DNA of 64,000 nucleotides. Origin: a virus. The stretch lies in the IMG/VR virus record IMGVR_UViG_3300045988_108148; one strand, 5' to 3'. The position numbers were made by a program, and so were the translations under genes. A model generated the notes under the pieces. The model was not told the origin of the DNA. It made no database searches and saw only the letters and a list, made by a program, of their open reading frames with translations. Each line of letters opens with the position of its first letter. Within the stretch, counting starts at the first letter, position 1. Below, piece after piece: positions 55,348 to 64,000 of the stretch.

Positions 55348-56292
55348 ATGTTAGAAAACGAAAGAATTATTGTACAAGACCGTGGTGGTATTGATGCTGG
55401 TATCGCTGCGTTAATGCAGAATGCTAATAAAGGTTTTGACCCCGCTGCTTTAATGGCCATGATGAACAATGGTAATGGCATGTTCGGTGGTAACGGTGGT
55501 TGGTGGTGGATCTTCATCATCGTGCTCTTCTGGATGTGGGGCGGATGGGGTGGAAATGGCTTCGGTCGTGGAAACCAAGCAGAAACAAATTCGGATTTCG
55601 CTCGTTTAGCTGCTATGGGTAATCAAAACAACAATACAGACTTATTGATGCAAGCAATCAATGGTAATAAAGATGCAATCAATACATTATCTACTAATCT
55701 GAACTGCGACGTTAAGTCAATTGACAACGCTTTGTGTTCTATCCAGAATGCAATTGGTAAAGTTGGCGGTGAAGTAGGTTTCTCTGCAGAAAGAGTAATT
55801 AATGCAGTTAACGCAGGTGACTGCAATGTTATCAAAGCTATTAGTGACTGTTGCTGCACAACTCAACGTTCAATTGATTCAGTTAATTTGAATCTGACTC
55901 AGATGAATGCTGATAACAGATTGTCTATCTGTCAGCAAACTAATACTTTGCAGAACGCTATTACTTCAGGTTTCAATACCTTGTCTAGTGAAAATGCTAC
56001 AAGATTCAACATTCTTGGTGCTAAGATAGATGCTCAGACTCAAATGATAAATGACAAGTTCTGTCAATTAGAGATGAGAGAAATGCAGAATAAGATCGAC
56101 ACATTACGTGACGAAAAGAATGCATTGCAATCTTCTGCATTGCTACAACAACAGACTTCTAATATCGTTAGTCAAATTAGACCTTGTCCGGTTCCTGCTT
56201 ACTTAACATGTAATCCTTATGGATGCAATGGTGGGTTGAATGGATACGGTTATGGTTATCCTTATGGATACGGCGATAGCTGTTGCGCTTAA
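55348..56292 (+). CDS. membrane protein with a Gly/Trp-rich helix and a Gly/Tyr/Cys-rich C-terminus
   Basis: 314 aa, with FGGNGGWWWIFIIVLFWMWGGWGGNGFGRG and CNPYGCNGGLNGYGYGYPYGYGDSCCA. Confidence 0.7.
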   Translation: MLENERIIVQDRGGIDAGIAALMQNANKGFDPAALMAMMNNGNGMFGGNGGWWWIFIIVLFWMWGGWGGNGFGRGNQAETNSDFARLAAMGNQNNNTDLLMQAINGNKDAINTLSTNLNCDVKSIDNALCSIQNAIGKVGGEVGFSAERVINAVNAGDCNVIKAISDCCCTTQRSIDSVNLNLTQMNADNRLSICQQTNTLQNAITSGFNTLSSENATRFNILGAKIDAQTQMINDKFCQLEMREMQNKIDTLRDEKNALQSSALLQQQTSNIVSQIRPCPVPAYLTCNPYGCNGGLNGYGYGYPYGYGDSCCA

Positions 56293-56309
56293 TAAGAAAG
56301 GAGGCGATT

Positions 56310-56708
56310 ATGTATCCTTTCGTATTTAATCCATTTGGTAGAAATAACACCGTAAATATTTTAGATCTAGTAATACCTAAAGTAAAAACTATAGCAATAG
56401 GTGAATCCACTGAAAATGTAGTATTAGGTATCTGCCCTAAAGTATGGTGTAGATTACCCAAAGAAGGTGTAATTGTTTTGGAAGTTAGACACACAGCAGA
56501 AGCTTCAGGAGCTAGTCTACCTGTATTTATCTCGGTTTCTGGTTCTGTAAGTACTGCTTCAAATACTCGCAATATACCTTTAGTAAATGCTTCAAGTGAG
56601 CCAATTACTGGTTCACAAGTTAGTGCTGGGAACAGATACATCGCATATTTTAATAAATGTGACAATGTAATACAGTTGATGAATTATACTCCTGCACCAG
56701 CTGCCTAA
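56310..56708 (+). CDS. hypothetical protein
   Basis: ORF track frame 56283..56708, trimmed to the ATG (MYPFVFNPF...). AAGGAGG precedes it, ending 6 nt upstream of the ATG. Confidence 0.65.
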   Translation: MYPFVFNPFGRNNTVNILDLVIPKVKTIAIGESTENVVLGICPKVWCRLPKEGVIVLEVRHTAEASGASLPVFISVSGSVSTASNTRNIPLVNASSEPITGSQVSAGNRYIAYFNKCDNVIQLMNYTPAPAA

Positions 56709-56722
56709 ATATTAATCAAGAT

Positions 56723-56760
56723 ATATGGGCAGCTATGAGAGTTGCCCATATTCTTTAAAT
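56723..56760 (+). terminator. intrinsic terminator
   Basis: ATATGGGCA (56723-56731) pairs with TGCCCATAT (56743-56751), followed by TCTTTAAATTT. Confidence 0.65.
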
Positions 56761-56770
56761 TTATAAAGAT

Positions 56771-57364
56771 ATGACATTCTCTCAGTTAACGTCGGGTACT
56801 AGAATACACGTACTCGAAATAACAGGTACTTTTAAAAAGAACACAACGTACAGTTTAGGAACGGTAGTCAGTGTATCAAAACCCTATGACGAACCAGTGC
56901 CACCGACACAATTTCCGATGCCTATGCAAAATAGACGTAAGCTCGTGGATCTAGTGATTTCGTGTGATGGTGAACAAAGAAAACTGTCAGTATCTGAAGA
57001 TAAAACAATGATGACCGATTCATCCATCGGTCTTACTATAGCCACAGAAAAATCACAAATTGTTAACATGGTTAGACAATCTCTTGATGATTGTAGAATT
57101 AAGAAAGAAAGCTTAAGTAAGATTGATGAGGAGATGAGGAGATGTGAAGACATCTTAAAAATACTTAATGTAAATTCGGACATAACAACCAATGTGACAA
57201 AAGATTTCAAAGAACTTGATGACTTAAAAGCTGAAGTGAAAGAGCTTAAACAACTTTTACAAAACGTATCTGCTGTTCGTCCGGAAGTAATAAAAAATAC
57301 TCCACCTAATTCTACTGAAGACAAAAAAGTAGAACCAGAAGGAGAAATAAAAAAAGAAATCTAA
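56771..57364 (+). CDS. hypothetical protein
   Basis: ORF track, 197 aa, with a coiled-coil C-terminal half. Confidence 0.7.
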   Translation: MTFSQLTSGTRIHVLEITGTFKKNTTYSLGTVVSVSKPYDEPVPPTQFPMPMQNRRKLVDLVISCDGEQRKLSVSEDKTMMTDSSIGLTIATEKSQIVNMVRQSLDDCRIKKESLSKIDEEMRRCEDILKILNVNSDITTNVTKDFKELDDLKAEVKELKQLLQNVSAVRPEVIKNTPPNSTEDKKVEPEGEIKKEI

Positions 57365-57369
57365 AACAC

Positions 57370-57404
57370 AAAGGTTGGCTATTTAGTCAACCTTTTTTAT
57401 TTTA
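57370..57404 (+). terminator. intrinsic terminator
   Basis: AAAGGTTG (57370-57377) pairs with CAACCTTT (57388-57395), followed by TTTATTTT. Confidence 0.75.
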
Positions 57405-57410
57405 AATAAT

Positions 57411-57824
57411 ATGAGCACATTATACAATAACAAATATGATATCCTAGCTAGTACAATCCAACCTAATCCTGCTTCTGTTAAATATTGGGCAGATTTATCA
57501 TCTAACCCAAATGGTGGTGATTTGAAATATTTTAATGGTAATACATGGGTGCTGGTTAATAACAAAGCCACTGAAGACATCAGTACGTTAAAACAAGATG
57601 TTGAAGATTTAAAAACTAATAAAGTTGACAAAGTAGAAGATAAACAGTTATCGACTGAAGACTATACTACTGCAGAAAAAAACAAGTTAAAAGGATTGTC
57701 TAATTACAATGATGCCGAAGTAAGAGAATTAATCTCAGCTTTAGCTCTTAGAGTGGGAACATTAGAAACTGACTATGAAGCATTAGAAGCTAGAGTTGCT
57801 GCATTAGAAACGCCAGCTGCATAA
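57411..57824 (+). CDS. short fibre-like protein
   Basis: 137 aa. It carries the same LSTEDYTTAEKNKLKGLSNY repeat as the large fibres, then a coiled coil LETDYEALEARVAALE. Confidence 0.7.
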   Translation: MSTLYNNKYDILASTIQPNPASVKYWADLSSNPNGGDLKYFNGNTWVLVNNKATEDISTLKQDVEDLKTNKVDKVEDKQLSTEDYTTAEKNKLKGLSNYNDAEVRELISALALRVGTLETDYEALEARVAALETPAA

Positions 57825-57825
57825 A

Positions 57826-58257
57826 ATGGAATTAAAATTAAATAGAATCTTTCTAGGTAGTTCTGCAACCATTGGAGAATTGTATGTTGATGGGGAACAC
57901 ATAGCAGACACTCTTGAAGATAGAGTGAGACCAGAAGGAGAAAAAGTTTATGGTAAAACTGCAATATCCGAAGGTACTTATGAAGTTAAATTAACTTATT
58001 CACCAAGATTCAAGAAAATATTACCAGAAATACTTAACGTACCTAATTTTAGTGGGATTAGAATTCATAGTTTAAATAAAGCTGAAGAGAGTGAAGGATG
58101 TATTGGGGTTGGTGAATGGAATGGCAAAGACACGAATTGGATTTCTAATTCTAGGAAAACATTTAATAAATTGTTTGCATTACTAGAAGAAGCAAACAAC
58201 AATAAAGAAAAAATCACAATAACTATAAATAACTCATGGAAAGCTGTAAAGAACTAA
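57826..58257 (+). CDS. DUF5675-like protein with a YkuD-like H...SxGC motif (candidate cell-wall enzyme)
   Basis: 143 aa. IRIHSLNKAEESEGCIGVG resembles the His/Cys active-site spacing of L,D-transpeptidase-fold proteins. The function is tentative. Confidence 0.5.
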   Translation: MELKLNRIFLGSSATIGELYVDGEHIADTLEDRVRPEGEKVYGKTAISEGTYEVKLTYSPRFKKILPEILNVPNFSGIRIHSLNKAEESEGCIGVGEWNGKDTNWISNSRKTFNKLFALLEEANNNKEKITITINNSWKAVKN

Positions 58258-58976
58258 GAGAAAATAACCCATATCTTTTTAATTCTTGGAGAGCTATTCT
58301 CTATACAGAGAAAGGAAGGAAAGCAGGAGTTGTTAATGACTGGAGAAAATTTCCTGTCTTCTATGAAGATGTGCATAAAAGTTATAAAAAAGGTCTCAGA
58401 TTGAGTAGGAAAGATAAAAATAAACCGTTTGGACCGGATAACTTTGAATGGGTAACTAACTTAGAACTTGCACAAACAAATACACACACAATAAGACTTA
58501 CTTACAATGGAGAAACTAAAACTTTGCGTGAGTGGTCAGAAGAATACGGAATGTCTTATAATGGTTTGTTAATAAGATATTTAAAGAATAAGAATTACAC
58601 AATTGAAGAAATCTTGTTTGGAAAGAAATACAAATCTAAAGGAAAGCCTAGAGAATACAATTTGTATACAAGAGCTTCTAAATTACTATCTGCATACAAA
58701 CTAAAAGATTGGAAAGCTGATAGAGAATTTAATTTAGATAGAGACTGGTTTGTAAAAAATATTCTTAAATCTCAATGTATATACTGCGGAAGCAAAGAAA
58801 AACTAGGTTGCGATAGAATAGATAATTCCAAAGGTCACACTTACGACAATGTAGTGCCATGTTGCTACGTTTGTAATTGTGCTAGAAATAACAATTTTTC
58901 ATTTGATGAAATGAAGATTCTAGGTAAGACAATTAAAAAAATAATGGAGGACAGACTAAGTGGAAATGGTAATTAA
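58236..58976 (+). CDS. HNH-family homing endonuclease
   Basis: 246 aa, with CIYCGSKEKLGCDRIDNSKGHTYDNVVPCCYVCNCARN. Confidence 0.8.
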   Translation: MESCKELRENNPYLFNSWRAILYTEKGRKAGVVNDWRKFPVFYEDVHKSYKKGLRLSRKDKNKPFGPDNFEWVTNLELAQTNTHTIRLTYNGETKTLREWSEEYGMSYNGLLIRYLKNKNYTIEEILFGKKYKSKGKPREYNLYTRASKLLSAYKLKDWKADREFNLDRDWFVKNILKSQCIYCGSKEKLGCDRIDNSKGHTYDNVVPCCYVCNCARNNNFSFDEMKILGKTIKKIMEDRLSGNGN

Positions 58977-59044
58977 TACTAAAAGACATTCGGAGCTTAT
59001 GAACATATTAGATAGTTCGGAATGGGTTAATAAAGAAGATTATT

Positions 59045-59689
59045 ATGACATTTAATTCACTAAACGCAATTATAGACGACATTTATAACATCTTAAGAGA
59101 TAATAATGTGTCAGAAAGTGAAAATCTAAGTCGTATACAGGTAGAACAATGGATTCATCAATACAGAGCTTATCTAATCAAACAAGATTTGGATAAAGGT
59201 AGAGATATAAATGAGTCGTATGTTCAAACAATAGGACCATTGCATATTTCTAAAGTACGCAATTGCCCTACGGATGGATACAATTATAAATCTGACGAGG
59301 AATTACCAAAGTTTATAGATTTACATTTTGGATCTGGGTTAATTTGTGTAAAAGATTTAGATGGTAATTTGATTCAAGTTGGAACTGAAACCAAAGCAAA
59401 GTATCAAATTAATAGAAAATATACATGCAATGATTATATTGCATATCTTAAAGGAAATCATTTGTACATAGTGGGACCAGAACATCTAGAGTATGTAAAA
59501 ATAGATGGGATTCTAGAAGATCCAACGTCAATTGGTGAATGTTTTGATAGGGATGATACACCATATCCTGTTCCTGCAAATATGATACCTACGATTAAAG
59601 ATATGATCTTTAGTAAAGAATTAAATTTGATGTTACAAATGCCAAATGATACTACTAACAATAGTACAAATGATGTAAAAGTTCAATAA
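59045..59689 (+). CDS. hypothetical tail-module protein
   Basis: ORF track, 214 aa. Confidence 0.7.
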   Translation: MTFNSLNAIIDDIYNILRDNNVSESENLSRIQVEQWIHQYRAYLIKQDLDKGRDINESYVQTIGPLHISKVRNCPTDGYNYKSDEELPKFIDLHFGSGLICVKDLDGNLIQVGTETKAKYQINRKYTCNDYIAYLKGNHLYIVGPEHLEYVKIDGILEDPTSIGECFDRDDTPYPVPANMIPTIKDMIFSKELNLMLQMPNDTTNNSTNDVKVQ

Positions 59690-60132
59690 TGGAGACGAAA
59701 GCTTATACAGGACACAATTTTTATGATTCATACTCTGAGTATGTGGAAGATAATCCACTATATCAAGTTGAATATAGAGTATTTAGAGACATAATAAACG
59801 ATTACTTTAAATATCTTAGAGATGAGTTAATAGAAAACGGAAAAGAGGTTAAGTTACCTTGTAGAATGGGAACCATTCAAATAGTAAAACACAAACCTAA
59901 AGAGTATACTGGGAAGAGTCTTCGAATTGATTATGCTGAGAGTAAGAAAGCTGGTAAAATTATTTATCATTTAAATGAACATTCCAATTTCTATAAATAT
60001 AGAGTATATTGGAATAAACAAAATATGATAACCCCAAATAAAACTAAATATCAATTAGTAATGACGAGGGATAATAAAAGGCATCTTGCTCAGATTATCA
60101 AAAATCATATTAGAGATTATAGAGAATTATGA
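59689..60132 (+). CDS. hypothetical tail-module protein
   Basis: ORF track, 147 aa. Abuts both neighbours. Confidence 0.7.
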   Translation: METKAYTGHNFYDSYSEYVEDNPLYQVEYRVFRDIINDYFKYLRDELIENGKEVKLPCRMGTIQIVKHKPKEYTGKSLRIDYAESKKAGKIIYHLNEHSNFYKYRVYWNKQNMITPNKTKYQLVMTRDNKRHLAQIIKNHIRDYREL

Positions 60133-61112
60133 TTACAAAATTAACTTCAATTAAAACGGTAATTGCTAAGATAATTGCTGATCTAGATTTGAAAGAAGAT
60201 GACATGAGAATAAGTGACATCAGATCTTGGTGTGGAGAAGCAATTGAAAAGATTGGTGCTGTTACACAATTTATTCCAAAAGTATCTGGTCAAGATGGTA
60301 CTCCAATTACTAAATTGTGTGGGTATCAAGCATCATTACCATGTGATCTTCATCAATTGCATCAAGTTGCATACTCTTTTAATTGTGATGGACCTTGGTT
60401 TCCTATGAGGAAAGCTACAGGTTCATTTGCTGTTTGGGGACATGGCAAATGCTGTTGCAACTGTGACTGTTATGATGAACTTGGACACAAAAAGGAATGT
60501 AGGCACAACAATTGTTGTGAACATTGCGATCCAAATATGATTGTACAAGAAGATACAATGGTAAATTTAGTAGTAGATATGATTGGTAATATTGATAAAA
60601 CAGAGGCTTTAGAATTGTTAAACACTAATCAAAATTTACGTACAATCATTTCAAATCTTATAAATGAACGAACATACAATGATGGATTTAATACTGCAAA
60701 TCCTAGTGGAGGGCTACAATATAGTATTAAACCTGGATTTATAATGTGTAATGTTCCATCAGGTTACTTAAAACTATCCTATAGTGCAATACCTACTGAT
60801 GAAGATGGATATACTTTAATACCAGATTTAACTTCCTATACTGAAGCTATATACTGGTATGTTACAATGAAACTGAAATACCCTGAGTATTTGAATGGTA
60901 AATTAAATAGAGAAGTATACTATGATATTAAAAGATCTTGGAATTTTTATAGAAACCAAGCATATGCTGAAGCATTAATGCCAAATGAAGATGGCATGGA
61001 GTCTATTAAAAATAACTGGAATAAAATTGTTCCAGAATTTAGAGATCATAATACTTTTTATTCACATACTGGGGAAAGACAAATAATTTATAACGCAAAT
61101 GAACGCTACTAG
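60129..61112 (+). CDS. tail-module protein with a Cys-rich insert
   Basis: 327 aa, with GHGKCCCNCDCYDELGHKKECRHNNCCEHCD. Confidence 0.7.
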   Translation: MITKLTSIKTVIAKIIADLDLKEDDMRISDIRSWCGEAIEKIGAVTQFIPKVSGQDGTPITKLCGYQASLPCDLHQLHQVAYSFNCDGPWFPMRKATGSFAVWGHGKCCCNCDCYDELGHKKECRHNNCCEHCDPNMIVQEDTMVNLVVDMIGNIDKTEALELLNTNQNLRTIISNLINERTYNDGFNTANPSGGLQYSIKPGFIMCNVPSGYLKLSYSAIPTDEDGYTLIPDLTSYTEAIYWYVTMKLKYPEYLNGKLNREVYYDIKRSWNFYRNQAYAEALMPNEDGMESIKNNWNKIVPEFRDHNTFYSHTGERQIIYNANERY

Positions 61113-64000
61113 ACAAACAAACACATTTGCTGGTGGACTTAACATGGATGTAGACTATTCTGTGTTAAAAGACAACCAGTACATATATGCAGAGAACATT
61201 CGGATATTGACGAATGAAGGATCTTCTTTTGCAGCAATGCAGAATATAGAAGGGTTCTTAGCGTGTAGACCTTCTTCAAATTTGTCTGGTGAAACTATTA
61301 TACACGTTACCACAGTAAGAGATTGGGCGATTGTTTTTACTAAGGTTAATGGTACAAATAACAACAATGTCTATAGAATTGATTTTTCTAGATCCCAAGA
61401 GGAACCAATTGTAACAAAAGTAGTAACTAATAGACCTTTAGATATAGAAGTATCATCTAGTAATGTAGCTGCAATTAGCAGTGTATGTAGATGGGAGTCT
61501 GTAGATAATGTCAAAGTATATTGGGCAGATGGGCATGCTCAAATCAAAGTAATTAACGTAGATGATAGCCATATAAAAAGTAATGAGAATATTACTTCAG
61601 ATAATATAGTAATGTTACCAAAAGCTACATTAGCACCATTTGAATTTAATGGATTTGGGACAGGTAGTTTAGAATCTGGAATGATACAATATTGCTATCA
61701 ATTGTTTAAAGTGAGAGGTACAGAATCTGCAATATCCCCACTTACTCCTCTTTATCATTTAAGTGACGGAGATCAGAAAACAAATTATAATGCTGTAAAA
61801 GGAAGTTCTAAAGGACAGAATACTGGTAAGTCTATAAAGTTGCAAGTAAGAAATAATAGCACTGGATTTGATAGACTTAGAATAATCTCTTTATTCTACA
61901 AGGCAAAGAATGAAGTACCTGTAATATCTATAGTAGATGATATAGTTATTGGCACTGGTTCTGTAATAAACTATGAAGATAAAGGTGGTAGTTTAGTATC
62001 AGAATTAAGTATTGATGAATTTAATTCATTAGCTAATTATACGTTTATACCTGAAGTAATAGAATCTAAAGATAACAGATTATTTGCTGCTAATCTTACT
62101 GAGGAAACATGGGATGTAGAATATGATGCTAGAGCATTTAGAGCTAATTCTTCTGGTAATGTATTATTGTTATCTAACTCTGGTTCTTCGTTAAACTTTG
62201 CTCTATCAGCATTAACTACTACAAACATACCTAAAGACCACGATTGTATATGCCCATTTAATGTAGATGGTAGTGCATACAAGTATACTACTTCTCCAAC
62301 AGGAGGATACATACAGGGTGGTAAAGGCAAGAATGTATCATATAGGTTTATTACTACAGATTTACTAGAAGATGCATCTACTACATCTAGAGGAATGATA
62401 AACGAAGAATTTACATTCAATGCTTCTTCAAGATCACTTACTAGTTTAGGTATTAACTATGAAGGTAATGATAAATCAAATACAATAAGTTTATCATCTG
62501 GTAACAAAATACCAAACTATTCTAATGCCGAAATAGAGTCCAAAGTAAAAGGATATATGAGGGATGAGATTTATAGATTTGGTATAGTATTGTATAATAA
62601 GCAAGGTTTGGCATCACCGGTACATTGGATAGGTGATATAAGAATGCCATCTAATAAAGATTCTGGTTATAAGTTTTTTACTTCCAATGAGGCTAGTGAT
62701 TATGGATCTAATTTATCAGTTGTTACTAAACCTCTTGGTATTGAATTTGAAGTAAAGAATTTACCATCAGACGTAGTAAGATATGAGATAGTTAGATGCG
62801 AAAGAACTCTATCTGATAGAACTATATTAGCTCAAGGAGTAGTAAGTTGCATTACAAATTATGATAGAGATTCTAATATCTTAACACCATTCCCATATCT
62901 AGCTTATTCAAATAAGCATGGTTACTATGCAAAGACTCACAACAATGGAGATTTCCAATATACCTTTAACTTGTCAGATACACAATCTAACAATTATTTC
63001 ATGTTTGTATCTCCAGAGATAGCAATTAACAGAGAAAATGCAGATGCATTAATTGATAAGTTTCAAACAGTTGAAAAGGTAGGGATTATGACATCTCCTA
63101 TTACTGCAGATGGTGATTGGGGAATAACGAATGGATCTCTAAAAGTATTAGCAAATGCCAAATCTATAAAGTATGATGGTACTACAATAAAACCAACCAA
63201 AACATTAGGAGGTCAGTCTAGTAATGGTTATGTTGCTAATGGAGCAATAGTAATAAATAATGATGATTTCTATTCAGCGTTACTTGCTAAATACTATGGT
63301 TTATATGTTGAAAATGGTGTTCAATCTGCTGCAGTAGAGAGTGCAAAATATGCAGGGCCAAGCAGTCCTTGGTTAACAAATGGTGATCAACCTTGGTATA
63401 ATGCCGAAGCAATTACTATTGGTGATAAAGTATATTATAACTGGGTATGGGATAATATTAGAACCGCAGGAGATGGTGAAGTAGATAAGACTGATGCAAA
63501 CAATGTTAGAAAATATGGTCCTCATGGAATATGTTCCATATTTAAGAGCAACAACATGATTGCTAACATACCATTAGCTGTAAGTACTTCTAGTTACAGA
63601 TATGTTAATTCAGTTGCTTTGTGTAACATGAAGCAAAGTGTAAATGCATATGGTGGTAATTCTTACTCTGCTGTACAGAATTCTGTGTATATTACTACAG
63701 GGGCTAGTGCCGAATCTAGTATTTCCACAGTACTATGTTATGGTGGAGATACTTATCTAAACATATTTGATTATAATAACTGTATGTTTAGTTATAATAC
63801 AGATGATTATTATAACAATAAAGCCAATAGATTATTCTTAGGTGCTCTTATACCATGTGAATCAAGTGTAAACCTAGCATTAACTCATGCTGATTCATCT
63901 ATAAATAGAACTTATCAAGCCGGTAATGGATATGCTAATCATTTTGTAGAAGATGATATAATTACTGTTGGTGATTTATATACTCAGAATACTCCATCAT
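61099..64000 (+). CDS. large tail structural protein (partial, runs off right edge)
   Basis: Own translation from the ATG at 61099 (MNATRQTNTFAGGLNMDVDYSVLKDNQYIYAENIR...) stays open for all 967 codons to 64000. It is absent from the ORF track because no stop lies in the window. Its start overlaps the previous stop by 14 nt. Confidence 0.8.
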   Translation, partial: MNATRQTNTFAGGLNMDVDYSVLKDNQYIYAENIRILTNEGSSFAAMQNIEGFLACRPSSNLSGETIIHVTTVRDWAIVFTKVNGTNNNNVYRIDFSRSQEEPIVTKVVTNRPLDIEVSSSNVAAISSVCRWESVDNVKVYWADGHAQIKVINVDDSHIKSNENITSDNIVMLPKATLAPFEFNGFGTGSLESGMIQYCYQLFKVRGTESAISPLTPLYHLSDGDQKTNYNAVKGSSKGQNTGKSIKLQVRNNSTGFDRLRIISLFYKAKNEVPVISIVDDIVIGTGSVINYEDKGGSLVSELSIDEFNSLANYTFIPEVIESKDNRLFAANLTEETWDVEYDARAFRANSSGNVLLLSNSGSSLNFALSALTTTNIPKDHDCICPFNVDGSAYKYTTSPTGGYIQGGKGKNVSYRFITTDLLEDASTTSRGMINEEFTFNASSRSLTSLGINYEGNDKSNTISLSSGNKIPNYSNAEIESKVKGYMRDEIYRFGIVLYNKQGLASPVHWIGDIRMPSNKDSGYKFFTSNEASDYGSNLSVVTKPLGIEFEVKNLPSDVVRYEIVRCERTLSDRTILAQGVVSCITNYDRDSNILTPFPYLAYSNKHGYYAKTHNNGDFQYTFNLSDTQSNNYFMFVSPEIAINRENADALIDKFQTVEKVGIMTSPITADGDWGITNGSLKVLANAKSIKYDGTTIKPTKTLGGQSSNGYVANGAIVINNDDFYSALLAKYYGLYVENGVQSAAVESAKYAGPSSPWLTNGDQPWYNAEAITIGDKVYYNWVWDNIRTAGDGEVDKTDANNVRKYGPHGICSIFKSNNMIANIPLAVSTSSYRYVNSVALCNMKQSVNAYGGNSYSAVQNSVYITTGASAESSISTVLCYGGDTYLNIFDYNNCMFSYNTDDYYNNKANRLFLGALIPCESSVNLALTHADSSINRTYQAGNGYANHFVEDDIITVGDLYTQNTPS

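Noticed and set aside
43895-57964. Antisense or off-frame ORFs from the track lying inside longer genes. Examples: 43895..44233(-), 45214..45678(-), 46724..47110(-), 51965..52264(-), 54976..55218(+), 56177..56665(-), 56884..57324(-), 57383..57631(-).
   Set aside because: They lie wholly within longer, better-supported ORFs. They have low-complexity or Ser/Leu/Ile-rich shadow composition and break the otherwise uniform strand organisation.
1-64000. Lysogeny or mobile-island markers (integrase, excisionase, att-like tRNA junctions, transposases).
   Set aside because: I recognised none in any ORF. The tRNA-like elements are internal to a gene arm and are not flanked by direct repeats that I could see.

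Overview
The window is an AT-rich piece of a tailed dsDNA phage genome. I found no rRNA, CRISPR array, integrase or obvious host genes. Shine-Dalgarno motifs are missing upstream of most genes, which fits a Bacteroidota-type host, but that is inference only.

Two divergent arms meet at about 18.2-18.4 kb.

- **Leftward arm (1-18188, minus strand).** It holds about 35 small, mostly unrecognisable ORFs. The recognisable ones are an ECF-type sigma factor (7080-7640), an SSB-like protein with an acidic tail, and several membrane miniproteins. It also holds tRNA-like elements and one plus-strand HNH endonuclease. Coding density is very low for a phage. About 6 kb of 18.4 kb has no ORF I can support, including a 2.4-kb stretch (2266-4676) with stops in all six frames. 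The gaps contain long perfect inverted repeats and a pair of hairpins with an identical loop and covarying stems.
- **Rightward arm (18397-64000, plus strand).** It is densely packed (about 97% coding). In order it carries:
  - small early-type genes, then a dNTP-pyrophosphohydrolase-N domain fused to an HNH endonuclease, then dUTPase;
  - large terminase, portal, an HExxH protein, an acidic scaffold-like protein, and a major capsid candidate;
  - a free-standing GIY-YIG endonuclease and three tandem paralogues;
  - a fibre cluster of 1397-aa, 1593-aa and 587-aa proteins;
  - a holin and spanin-like lysis block;
  - further tail genes, ending in a >960-aa ORF that is still open at 64000.

The strongest specific finding is a diversity-generating retroelement (DGR). 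The last ~50 codons of the 1593-aa fibre form the variable repeat (VR, 48874-48968), which matches a non-coding template repeat (TR, 49145-49239). Of 24 mismatches, 23 fall at template adenines. A DGR-type reverse transcriptase follows at 49383-50423, and I see no recognisable Avd accessory gene.

All folds, alignments and motif calls were done by eye. Nothing was checked against a database.
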